Assembly: GCA_963514005.1 (NCBI GenBank)
Contig: OY740793.1
Span: 44,578,001-44,642,000 of the forward strand
Direction: 5' to 3'
DNA length: 64,000 nucleotides
From: Raja brachyura
Lineage: Eukaryota
This document shows positions 24,326 to 35,700 of the stretch, piece by piece. Position numbers and translations under genes: made by a program. The number at the start of each line of letters is the position of its first letter. Position 1 is the stretch's first letter. Under the pieces are notes generated by a model. The model was not told the origin of the DNA and did no database searches. It worked only from the letters and a program-made list of their open reading frames with translations.

Positions 24326-24477
24326 GTAAATCCTGGCGCGGACGGTGCGAAGCCCACGGGGCAGCGAGGCGAAGCTGCGGACAGGAGCGGAGCGGGGCTC
24401 GGATCACCCGGGAATGAGCTGCTGGCTGCCCGGCCCCGGGACTGACCGACAGGCGTCTCCACCCCGCCGGGTGGGGA

Positions 24478-25638
24478 ATGTCCGGCCTCGGTAACGCCAC
24501 CAGCCCCTGCCTGGAGTCAGCGACCCGGGGCGCGACCGCCGCCGCTCTGCTGGAGCTGGGCTTGGGCTCGGCCGTGCTGTGCGCCTCGCTGCTGGGGAAC
24601 GGCCTGGTTCTGGCGGTGTTCCGGAGCAGGCCGCAGCTGCTCCACGTGGCCAACCGCTTCGTCTTCAACCTGCTGCTGGCGGACCTGTTGCAGACGCTGC
24701 TGGTGATGCCGCTGGCGGTGGCGGGCAGTGTGCCCGGGCTCCGACCCCTCGCCGGCGGCCTGTGCAAACTGCTGGTGGTCTCTCTGCATCTGTTCGCCTT
24801 CGCCGGCGTCCACAGCACGGTGCTGGTGTCCATCGACCGCTACCTGGCCATCATGCACCCCTTGTCCTACCCCGCCCGCATGACGCCCCGCCGGGCATCC
24901 AGCCTGATCGCGCTGAGCTGGGCGCTGGGCGCTGCACAGAGCACGCCGCCGCTCTACGGCTGGGGCCGGGTGGCCGCTGACGGCTGCTCCTCCTGCCGCC
25001 TTCTCTGGGCCTCCAGCCCCTCCTACACGCTGCTCACCGCGCTGCTCGCCTTCTGGCTGCCGGCCGGCATCATGCTCCGCTGCTACTGGCTGGTGTTCCG
25101 GGCGGCTCGGCGACAGAACGCCCGGGTGCAGCCGGCGCTGGCCCGGAGCCCGGGCGGGGAGAAGCGCCGGGGTCGGGGCCCGCCTCGCCGCTCCCATTGC
25201 AAGGCAGCGCGGGTGGTGTTCGTCACCGTGGCCTCGCACCTCCTAGGCATGGGCCCATACAGCGTCCTGGGCACCGTGTCGGCGGCCGGGGCCCAGCCAC
25301 CCGCACCCTGGCTCGGCGCCGCCGCCCTCATCCTGCTGCATTCGCGGTGCTGCGCGCACCCCTACATCTACGGGTACCTCCACCGGGGCATCCGCCGGGA
25401 GCTGCTCCTCCTCCTGCCCGCCGCCTGCTGCCGCCCACCGGCGCCCGGCCTCTCGCCCTCCACCCCGACCGGCGCCAGGGCTCCCCGGGCCGCTCCCCGC
25501 GTCTCTGCCCCGACATCCTGGGCAGAGGCTTCGGTCACTGCAGCCGCGGCCACTGGCGGCCGCAGGGACACCGTGTCGACCAGCTGCAGCTCAGACAACG
25601 AGCTGCACCTCCTGCCCGGTCACAGGGCCGACCGGTGA
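24478..25638 (+). CDS. GPR101: Orphan class A GPCR GPR101, single coding exon, 386 aa
   Basis: Seven TM segments with GPR101 signatures: RPQLLHVANRFVFNLLLADLLQ, HLFAFA, SIDRYLAIMHPLSYPARMT, QSTPPLYGWG, W..SPSYT, AARRQ, HCKAARVVF, GPY, CCAHPYIYGYLH. N-glycosylation site NAT. Confidence 0.95.
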   Translation: MSGLGNATSPCLESATRGATAAALLELGLGSAVLCASLLGNGLVLAVFRSRPQLLHVANRFVFNLLLADLLQTLLVMPLAVAGSVPGLRPLAGGLCKLLVVSLHLFAFAGVHSTVLVSIDRYLAIMHPLSYPARMTPRRASSLIALSWALGAAQSTPPLYGWGRVAADGCSSCRLLWASSPSYTLLTALLAFWLPAGIMLRCYWLVFRAARRQNARVQPALARSPGGEKRRGRGPPRRSHCKAARVVFVTVASHLLGMGPYSVLGTVSAAGAQPPAPWLGAAALILLHSRCCAHPYIYGYLHRGIRRELLLLLPAACCRPPAPGLSPSTPTGARAPRAAPRVSAPTSWAEASVTAAAATGGRRDTVSTSCSSDNELHLLPGHRADR

Positions 25639-25979
25639 CGGGACCGGGGATGGGGCAGGGACCGGGGATGGGACCCCCGACCGGCGACAGGACACAGACT
25701 GGGGACGAGACCGGTGACATGACCCGGGCCGGGGATTGGACCTAGACCGGTGATGGAACCAGAACCAACGAGTGACCCAGACCAGGGCTGGAACTATGGC
25801 CCAGGGCCTGGACCGAGAGCGGGACCGCAGTAGGACCAGGGTGCAGGGTCCGTGTCATCGCCAGCCCTGGCTACACTCGCTGTTTACACCTGTGTAGTTT
25901 GTTGTCATTTAAATGTTGCCGGTATCCGTGAGAACTTATTTTTATGGATAGTACGTCATAACCTTTCTATCAATGCTGG

Positions 25980-25985
25980 AATAAA
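25980..25985 (+). promoter_or_regulatory. Candidate GPR101 polyadenylation signal
   Basis: First AATAAA after the stop codon, ~340 nt downstream. Confidence 0.45.
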
Positions 25986-26241
25986 TCGGGGCAGCTGTGC
26001 GCGGTTAAAGTTCCTGGGACGTCTGATCCTGAACTACCCGGTACTGACCCGAAGGGGGGGGGGGGGGGGGAGGAGAGTTGACCTGTGTGAAGGTGCTCGT
26101 GTGACAGAAGGTGTTCTGTTTTGGTCACCCTGTCATAGGAAAGATGCAATTAAACCGGGAGGTGTATAGAGAAGATTTATGAGGTTGGTGCTTGCACTGC
26201 AAGGAGATGTTGAGTGGGCTCGGACCGAGAGGAGCTTTGTT

Positions 26242-26677
26242 AAAGAAGGAACTGCAGATGCTGGAGAATCGAGGGTTACACAAAAAGCTGGAGAAACTCA
26301 GCGGGTGCAGCAGCATCTAAGGAGCGAAGGAGATAGGCGACGTTTCGGGTCGAGACCCTTCTTCAGACTGCTCTTCGTAGGGAGGAAGAGAACTTCTTCA
26401 AAGTAGGCATACCTTGAGGAGATATCGCACTGGAGTAGACAAATTGTTAAAGAAGGAACTGCAGATGCTGGAGAATCGAGGGTTACACAAAAAGCTGGAG
26501 AAACTCAGCGGGTGCAGCAGCATCTAAAGAGCGAAGGAGATAGGTGACGTTTCGGGTCGAGACCCTTCTTCAGACTGGGCAGTCTGAAGAAGGGTCTCGA
26601 CCCGAAACGTCGCCTATCTCCTTCGCTCCTTAGATGCTGCTGCACCCGCTGAGTTTCTCCAACTTTTTGTGTAACCC
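26242..26677 (-). mobile_element. Non-autonomous Penelope insertion: two tandem terminal repeats plus an inverted copy, with three hammerhead motifs
   Basis: 17-bp TSD CCGAGAGGAGCTTTGTT (26225-26241 / 26678-26694). Repeat period 207 nt. Core CTGAAGA-AGGGTCTCGACCC-GAAACGTC. Confidence 0.82.
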
Positions 26678-26779
26678 CCGAGAGGAGCTTTGTTGCCAAT
26701 TCTTACCGCCTGAGGTCTGCCGGTGATGGAGGATCCTGTTGCGGAGCGACGAGCAGAGAGCCAATTTCCTGAGTTTATT

Positions 26780-27400
26780 CCTTAGAGCGCAGGAGGATGA
26801 GGGGTGATCTTACAGAGGTGTATAAAATCCCGAGAGGAATAGATCAGATTGCCCAGCGTAGGTGAATCGAGGGCCAGAGGACAGAGGTTTATGGTGAAGG
26901 GGAGAAGATTTAATAGGAATCTGAGGGGTAACTTTTTCACACAAAGGGTGGTGGGTGTATGGAACAAGCTGCCAGAGGAGGTAGTTGAGGCTGGGACTAT
27001 CCCAATGTTTAAGAAACAGTTAGACAGCTACATGGATAGGTCTGAAGAAGGGTTTCGGCCCGAAACGTTGCCTATCTCCTTCGCTCCATAGACGCTGCTG
27101 CACCCGCTGAGTTTCCCCAGCATTTTGTGTAAACCCTTGATTTTCCAGCATCTGCAGTTTCTTCTTTAACACATGGATAGGACAGATTGGGAGGCATACG
27201 GACCAAACGCAGGCAGATGGGACTTAGAGGTTGGGCAGACTAGGACTTTATTCATTGGAGTACAAGAAGCTGTGGGGTGATCTTACAGAGGTGTATAAAA
27301 TCATGAGGGATATGGATACGGTGAATGCAGTTTTTCACCCAGAGTATAGGAATCATGAATTAGTGGACATACGTTTAAGGGGAGAGGGAACAGATTTAAC
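26780..27400 (+). mobile_element. CR1 3' fragments, the first interrupted by a Penelope mini-insertion
   Basis: [38 protein letters not shown] and RLGLYSLEYKKLWGDLTEVYKIM. Confidence 0.75.
27035..27076 (+). ncRNA. Type I minimal hammerhead ribozyme motif at the 5' end of a 130-bp Penelope insertion (27041-27170)
   Basis: Helix I GAUAGGU/GCCUAUC, core CUGAAGA, helix II GGGU-UUCG-GCCC, GAAA, palindromic AACGUU with a GUU cleavage triplet. 11-bp TSD ACATGGATAGG (27030-27040 / 27171-27181). Confidence 0.7.
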
Positions 27401-28851
27401 AAGAATTTTGTTCCATCATGTTAGAGGCTACCCGCCAGGGACATCACCCATTGCCTTGCGTCACATTCTGATATGGTCTCAATCTTCATTCTGCTCACGG
27501 ACACGGTGTGGTCTCTGGGATGGTACAGTGCACCAGCCCAATGCTGCAGAATGTTTGTGAAACTGCTGCTGCAGCGAAGGAAGGAGGTTGACATAAACGG
27601 GCAACACACTGACCACTGGGATTATCACAGAAGTATTGGTCCGAAGGCTGCAGTCACAAGTCGGGAATAGACATGTGGCAATAGGCATTACATCCCACAG
27701 TGCACGGGGTGATCTGTTTACCCCAAGAGTGCAAGGTTATGTCCTGTCATTTTTGATACTCTTATTGAAAGATAGCTATTATTAAAAGTAAAATTCAACA
27801 AATGCTTCGGGGGGAAGTGTCATTAATTAATTGACTTACCTGTAACAATATTGAAGCATCATGTGGCTAATGTTTTGGTGGTTGGTGAAATGGTGCCTGA
27901 TAATGGCTGAGAAAGACAGAAGAGGGCCAAGATAGACAGGAGCGGAGCGAGTAGTTCAAAGTCAGGATACGACAGGACTGTTGTCTGGGAATGAGAGGAT
28001 AAAGATCAGCAGGAGATGGCAACAGTGGAGCACAGCTGGTGCAGGGACATGCCGCCAATAGCAGCACATGACCCATGTTGTACCCATGGACTGCAGGGTG
28101 TAAGAGGGGGGCAGTCTGTAAGCAAATACCAGATGTGCTCATCTTCCCTTCCCCCAATCACAGACTGACTTGCTTGACATTCCCTACATATCTGCTTTTT
28201 GCAGCTTTCACTTTCCTTTGTACTTTTTGTAGTGGCCATTTGGCTTGTTTTGCATGTCATTGATGATGGCGTGGGTCTTTAAATTTTAGACTGCCCGTTA
28301 TATTGAGGGTGGGATTTATGGCGTATTTCTGGGCGTGTTCTGGACTATATCTTGCGCAGAAGGTTAGTTTTTAGTTTAGTTTGGAACAAGCATGGAGAAG
28401 GTTTACCCTTCAACCATGCGAAGTGTAACGAGGAGTTTTCTAATGTTTAAAGCAATAAGCTGGAGTTCGATGAAGATTATAGTAACGTCTCGGAAGAAGT
28501 TTGGATGTACCTTATTGTTTTCATCAATGAATAAAGAATTTATTAATCAAAAGACTGTGTTTTTGAAGACTTATCTGTGAAGAAGCTCGGAATGTCTCAG
28601 ATGGTGAGCTCGTCCTGATTGAAATCTACTTGCAAGGGTGTAGATAATAGACATGCGAGATCCCTGGTCCTCAGTAGACACACACAAATAACAACTGGCC
28701 TCGGGTTGTTACCTTGCACCGGTCGCTGTTCACCACCTGAGATGTGATTATACAGGTTAATAAAACATAATATTGTGTAATCGAATCAGCATCAATTAGA
28801 TGAAACAGTAATGTTTAAGAACTGCACACGTGATAAGTGATTCATCTCAAG

Positions 28852-28857
28852 TTTATT
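28852..28857 (-). promoter_or_regulatory. Candidate polyadenylation signal of the TM9SF gene; a more proximal AATAAA lies at 29598-29603
   Basis: AATAAA on - at the end of an AU-rich, repeat-free stretch of ~870 nt after the stop, containing TGTA motifs. Confidence 0.55.
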
Positions 28858-29718
28858 GAACAAATATTGGTACATTTTCAAGACATAATCAGGCACTGCG
28901 GAGATAAAGCCACCAATCCGTGCTACCCAGCACTACATACACAACCCTTTGTTCAAAATGATGTGAATTTGGGAATATTTACAAAATGTCACAGTACAAG
29001 AAAATACCAATAAAAGCTCAAATCCTTGCTGCTGTCGGGAAACGGGAACAAAGATTTAACTGAGGGGTTGGGCAGGGCATGGGTTAATGCAGTTCCATAT
29101 ATTTACATTACAAAGGTGAACGAGCTGTTTATGTACAAATAATTAATATTATTGCAATTGTTTTAATGTAGCACTTGAAAATCCACGTTCAGTCAAATTA
29201 TTCAAATTTCTTTTGAGCACATACTTTGAAAATAAAACCACAAGAGCACAATGACCAACATTGGATTCACCAGAGCGGGTTCACTTCACCACCTTCTGCT
29301 TCCAAAGGAAAGTGCACACTGCAAGTCCAGCAATGGTGCTGTTCTGTGGTTCTCCTACAGTTCAATGCACTTGAGAAAGGGGCCCAGATATTGAAATACT
29401 ATCTAGTGGGCTGGCAGTTCTGCCAGTGGCACGGAATCAGAGAGCAAACCCTAAGCATGCACTACAAATCAAACGGGAAGAACTCTATGCACTGAATGAG
29501 ACGACTAAACATGGAATGAACAGTCAAGTCTTTCCTGACCTGTCACTAACCATAATTACATGATTGCAAAATGTGAGAGACCATCAACGAATCTATTTTT
29601 ATTGTTGCAATTATTCTAGATTTGCAATTAAAAGTGAACAGTGTTTAGGGTTAAAGCCATGATAAATATTTAAATGCAAAGATAAAGAAAATACACATCA
29701 TATATGTGGAGGCCGTTA

Positions 29719-29786
29719 TTAATCTACCTTCACAACACTGTAAATCTTGTTAACAAACCAGAAACAGGCGAAAAATCCAACTGTCC
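29719..29786 (-). CDS. TM9SF5: TM9SF2-like/TM9SF5 last coding exon
   Basis: tttcag|GG ACA GTT ...; [22 protein letters not shown], ending in a KxD/E Golgi-retention motif. Confidence 0.93.
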
Positions 29787-32700
29787 CTGAAATAAAAGAA
29801 AGCAGCATTAGTTAATTACCTAAGATAGCACTGATGATGCTTTTCCCCCCCAATATCTTTACAATCTCCCGTGAACGGTAGAACCAAGATTTCAAATTGT
29901 ACCAGCGGTACTATTGGCAACTTGATCACATGGCTGGCTTGGAATAAGATTGCATTTTATGAGCAAGTGAAAAATACTGTTCACAACTGATTTTGTCAAC
30001 AAATATTTGAACCATCATTTCTTTGATCCTTCACTTAATTTCTTACTGTTTGCAGGACTATTTTCACGTCAGCACAATGGACGAGCAATATTCTGCTAAT
30101 GTTGAACTATTTGTGTTTTACTTTCAGAAGGTCCTCAAGTGTAAAGTTTCTAATAGGTTCCTTCAGCCAGTGTTTGGAGGGAGTGCTGCAGTGTCCCAGC
30201 TACAACACTTCAGATGAAAGGTTCAGGTTGTCCTCTCCACTATACAAGCAGAAAGTCGTCATACTACCAAAGAGTATAAACACACATGTAATTTCGACAT
30301 GGTGAAACCAAAATGTATAAAAATACCCTTTAATAAAATCTGACAATGTGCACTTTAACCACATGTGAGTTTTATTTTCTATTACAAATCTCAAATCGTG
30401 GAGTACAGATGCAAATAAATAAATGATGGGTCTTTGTCCCAAACATTATGGAGGGCACTGTATCAGTGACCACCTTAGTTGGGATTATAGATGGTGGTGA
30501 AGCCAGATTCAGGCAATGGTCCACAGATGCCCAGTTATCATCTAACTCGGCACAATGGTAGTAGCAGACAACAAGGAGGGGTCTTCACCAGGACAGTGCA
30601 ACGGTCACTTCTGCTGCTGTGGTCATGGACATGTGTATCAACAGCAGGAAAGTACAAGATCCAGCACTTGTCCCTTGTTTCACATCACCGCCAGGGGTCC
30701 AGCTCTACTCTTCAGGGGTTGGCCACTGACGGACACAAAAATTCCCCCCTAATCCCACTACATTTGCCTGTGCTAATCTTTCTTGTTGGTCCAAATAGCA
30801 AACTGGAGGCCATAACTGATAATGAAGTTTTTGTCCATGTTGGAGCCTATCCTGCGAGAGCTGAGCGTGGAGGATTCTGAATGCCACACCATGCACACTG
30901 CTCCCTTGTACTCGAGAGGTCTGTCCTGCACTGGAAGAGGATATCATTACAGCGTAGGATGAAAGAATGCCTGGCACATTACAACTATGATCACAAGTTC
31001 CAAGACATGCTGTTTGGCTAATTTGGAATAGTTGAATGTCAGGAAGTGTTCATTACTGCAGTCTGAGAATAGGATTGGTTTGCTAGGCCATGTCATCGGC
31101 AGCCTGTAGCTCACATTCACCCAGATTTATTTCCAAAAAGCTCTTGTAGGCCAAGGGATTGTAAACAACCAACCATTGGTTAACATATGCCTTTTCTGAT
31201 GTTGGCGTTTTATTCCACCACACAAGTGACTGAATCTTATTTCTGCGACTGCTGTGGTGGGATCCGAACACATCTTTAGCACAGTTCCTCAATGATTAGA
31301 CTACTGGTAAGTCACAATGCACGAAATCTACTCAGGAAGACAATGCTGCAGTGTGCATCATCATTCAATCAGTATATTCATGGTTGAGAGAAAGATTACT
31401 GGCCAGGGAAAGAATGGAGGAAGAGCATAAATGTGCCGTAGAGACAAATGTTTTGCCAAAATCTTATTGATTGTTGAACCAGGCTAGAAGTGCAGAGTCT
31501 ATTGTTGCTTTGTTTCAATATTGATGCACGACTGTAACCTTACCACTGCCTGACAATTTGCTCCAGACTGTCAATTTTTGTACAAGCAAACTATATTCAA
31601 CCCAACTATTGTAGCAAGATAATCACCTTATCTTGTAGCAAGATAACCATAGCGTCTCTTCAGTAATTATCTATTTGCTGCAAGAATTATCAGTCAACTC
31701 TATTCATTCCAGGAAAGTCTCCATATTTCTTGGACATCTATCACAAACATGTTATGACATTTTGTTGTCTTCTGCAACAGCACCATTCAGTTGGGCTGAT
31801 TGCAATTAGACTAAGTAATTGAAGTGTCTGGGTGTTTCAAAGGTCAGCTATCATGTGAGAGATTCTGGAGAAGGATCACAGTGGTGCTGCAGTTAGTGTT
31901 GTTGCCTCATGCACCAGGGTTTGATCCTGACTTCTGGCAGTGCCTGCAAGAGGTTTGACTCTGTGGGTTTCCAACAGAATACGCACGTCACAAAGGATAT
32001 GCTGGTAGGTTAACTGGCTGCTGCAAAAGTGACAAAATAGTTAAGGGGTTCTAATGGGTACGTGAGGAAGGAAAACCCTCAGGAGAATACGAGATCGAAT
32101 GGGACTTTAGCTAGAACCTAATATGGACCCAATGAGCTGAATGGCCATAATAAGAACCTACATTTCCTGCTGATAGAATATTTGTCACCTTCAGCAACAA
32201 ACCTGGAGCCACTAACCTGGAGCCACTGTCCCCAGGTGGAGTAGGGATCAAACTTCCCTGCAAATCACCGGGCTTTCTGTTGCAAGTTGGATAAGTGCCC
32301 ACCTTATTATACCCGAATTAAGCAACACTTTAATAGTTCAGTAAACAACAGTGTTTGAATGGATGTGTTTGTATGAAGCACAAGGGCTGAGTTGTCAAAT
32401 ACTGCACAAATACTCAATTAGATGAGAAACTAATTAATTTATCAGCCTCAGTTGTAACTCAGATTTAACAAAATAAATATGCTGCAAGGATAAAAATTGT
32501 TTGCAAGCAATACAAACTGAATGTCAGACAAACACTTATTCCCATGACAGTCTGACTTGTGGCAGAAATTATATCATCTTTCCCACATTAAATGAAAGCC
32601 AGATAACTCTTGCAACTCTGCTTTGGCTTTAACACACAACTGATGTCCGCAGCCGATTCTTGGGTAATCTCATCTCCTCCAACCTTATCTATTGCATTCG

Positions 32701-35700
32701 CTGCTCTAGGTGTCAACTGCTCTACATCGGTGAGACCAAGCACAGGCTTGGTGATCGCTTTGCCCAACACCTCCGCAAAGTTCGCATTAACGAACCCAAT
32801 CTCCCGGTGGCTCAGCACTTCAACTCCCCCTCCCATTCCGTAACCGACCTTTCTGACCTGGGCCTCCTCCATGGTCAGTGTGAGTCTCACTGCAAATTGG
32901 AGGAGCAGCACCTCATATTTCGCTTGGGTATTGTACACCCCAGCAGTATGAAGTCATTCTCCAATTTCAGGTAATCCTTGCTTTCTCCCTCCTTCCCCTT
33001 CCCAGCTTTCCCACAGCCCACTGTCTCCGCCTCTTCCTTTCTTCTTCCAGCCCCCCCCCCCCCCACCACCACCCCTACATCAGTCTGAAGAAGGGTATCA
33101 ACCCGAAACGTCATCCATTCCTTCACTCCGTAGATGCTGCCCCACCCGCTGAGTTTCTCCAGCATTTTTGTCTACCTTGGGTAGATACAGTGCCCTCCAT
33201 AATATTTGGAACAAAGACCCATCATTTATTTATTTGCCTCTGTACTCCACAATTTGAGATTTGTAATTGAAAAACTCACATGTGGTTAAAGTGCACATTG
33301 TCAGATTTTAATAAAGGCCATTTTTATACATTTTGGTTTCACCATGTAGAAATTACAGCAGTGTTTATACATAGTTCCACCCCATTTTGGGGTACCGTAA
33401 TGTTTGGGACACAGCAATGTCATGTAAATGAAAGTAGTATTTTGTATTTTGTTGCATATCCTTTGCAAACAATGACTGCATGAAGTCTGCGATTCATGGA
33501 CATCACCAGTCGCTAGGTGTCTTCTCTGGTGATGCTCTGCCAGGCCTGTATTGCAGCCATATTTAGCTTAAGCTTGTTTTGGGGGCTAATCCCCTTCAGT
33601 TTGCTCTTCAGCATATAAAAGGCATGCTCAATTGGGTTCAGATCGTGTGATTGACTTAGCCACTCAAGAATTGAACATTTTTTGCTTTGAAAAACCCCTT
33701 TGTTGCTTTAGCAGTATGTTTGGGATCATTTTCTTGTGGTAGAATTAACTGTCAGCCAATGAGTTTTGAGGCATTTGTTTGAACTTGAGCAGACAGGATG
33801 TGTCTATACACTTCAGAATTCATTATGCTACTATCATCAGCAGTTGTGTCATCAATGAAGATAAGTGAGCCAGTACCTTCAGCAGCCATACATGCCATAA
33901 CACCCCACCACTGATTCACAGATGAGGTGGTGTGCTTTGGATATTGGGCAGTTCCTTCTCTCCTCCATACTTTGCTTTTGCCATTACTCTGTTATAAGTT
34001 AATCTTCATCTCATCTGTCCACAAGACCTTTTTCCAGAACTCCAGTTGCTCTTTTAAGTACTTCTTGGGAAACTGTAACCTGGCCATCCTATTTTTGGGC
34101 TAACCAGTGGTTTGCATATTGCAGTGTAACCTCTGTATTTCTGTTAATGAAGTCTTCTGCAGACAGAGGCCATTGACAAATCCACACCTGACTACTGAAG
34201 AGTGTTTCTGATCTGTCGGACAGGTGTTTGGGGATTTTTCTTTATTAGGGAGAATTATTCCATCATCAGCTGTGGAGGTCTTCCCTAGCCTGCCAGTCCT
34301 TTTGCGATTATGAGCTCACAAGTGCTCGCTTTCTTCTTAATGATGTTCCAAACAGTTGATTTTGGTAAGCCTAAGGTTTGGCTGATGTCTCTAACAATTT
34401 TATTTTTGTTTCTCAGTCTCATAATGGCTTATTTGACTTATATTGGCACAATTTTGGTCCTCATGTTGATCAAAAGCAATAAAAGTTTCCAAAGGTGATG
34501 GAAAGACTAGGTGCTGAGAACTCCCCTATACTCAGGAGGCAATTAAACACACCTCAGCAATTACAAATGCCTGTGAAGCCATTTGTACCAAATATTATGG
34601 TGCCCTGAAAGGGGGGGGTGGGGGAGGGGGGGGGGGGGGGGGGAGGGATGGACGGACTATGTATAAATACAGCTGTGATTTCTACATGGAGAAACCAAAA
34701 TGTATGAAAATGCGCTTTAATAAAATCTGATAATGTGCACTTTAACCACGTGATTTTTTTTTCTATTGCATATCTTAAATTGTGTAGTACAGAGGCAAAT
34801 AAATAAATGATGGGTCTTTGTCTCAAACATTATGGAGGGCACTGTAACAACCCAGGGGCCAGCAGAACAGGAGCATTGGGGATATAATATCAAGTTTTCA
34901 CTGAGGAGAAAGAATCAGGAGCAAAGATTCATTAAATCATCTCTGGATTATGAATGAATGAAAAAGTTAATTGGCCAAGTATTCACATACAAGGAATTTG
35001 CCTTGGTGCTCCGTGCGCAAGTGGCAACATGACATACAGTGACAGTTAGGAATGACACAAAACAATAAACATTAATAATAAATTATTTAAAAAAAATTCT
35101 TGCGTCACATCCTACTGAGTACACAAATAGGAGGATAGCAGGCCAGGTGATGCAAGAGGAATGCCTTTACATTCGCGGCCATTGGGAAAGGCTCTGGGAA
35201 AAGTGCCAGCTGCATGACGCCATCAGATTTCCCCATGACAGGACTGGGATCAGTATCCTCATCGTCAGGCTTCAGGCTTGCTTGTGCGGTTTGAGTAGAG
35301 TTCAACATGCTTGGTAGGAAAACCGAGTGCAAATTCAAAAGAGAAAAGCAATACTGGAAATGGATGGCACAGCAAACAATGAATAGAAAATAGGCAGAGT
35401 GACCTTGTGGTGCTTGGTTGTATAAATAAATGCAAATGCATGTAAATGCAAAGTACTGATGGTGGAAATCTGAAAATCAACAATTATAGTGTATACTCAG
35501 AACATCAGGTAGCAGCTGCCGAGAAAAACAGGGTAGCATACAAACATAGAGGAAACATAGAAAATAGGAGTAGGCCATTCGGCCCTTCGAGTCAGTAGCG
35601 CCATTCAATATGATGACGGCTGATCATCCAAAATCAGTAATGCGTTCTGGCTTTTTCCCCCAGATTCCTCGATTCCTTGCGCCTTAAGAGCTAAATCAAA

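Larger units (their letters stand above)
22940..25850. promoter_or_regulatory. CpG island covering the GPR101 promoter, 5' UTR and CDS
   Basis: Very high GC content and CpG density compared with the flanks, with GC boxes (GGGCGG). Confidence 0.8.

Noticed and set aside
22943-25745. Many long overlapping ORFs on both strands around GPR101
   Set aside because: Pro/Gly/Arg-rich products are expected from stop-poor GC-rich DNA. Only 24478-25638 has a recognisable protein.
25639-25850. Degenerate GGGACC-type tandem repeats after the GPR101 stop
   Set aside because: Looks like ordinary low-complexity minisatellite sequence with no evidence of function.
30470-31300. Possible coding region or ancient LINE in the last TM9SF intron
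   Set aside because: No recognisable motifs or consistent splice signals by eye, so it cannot be supported.
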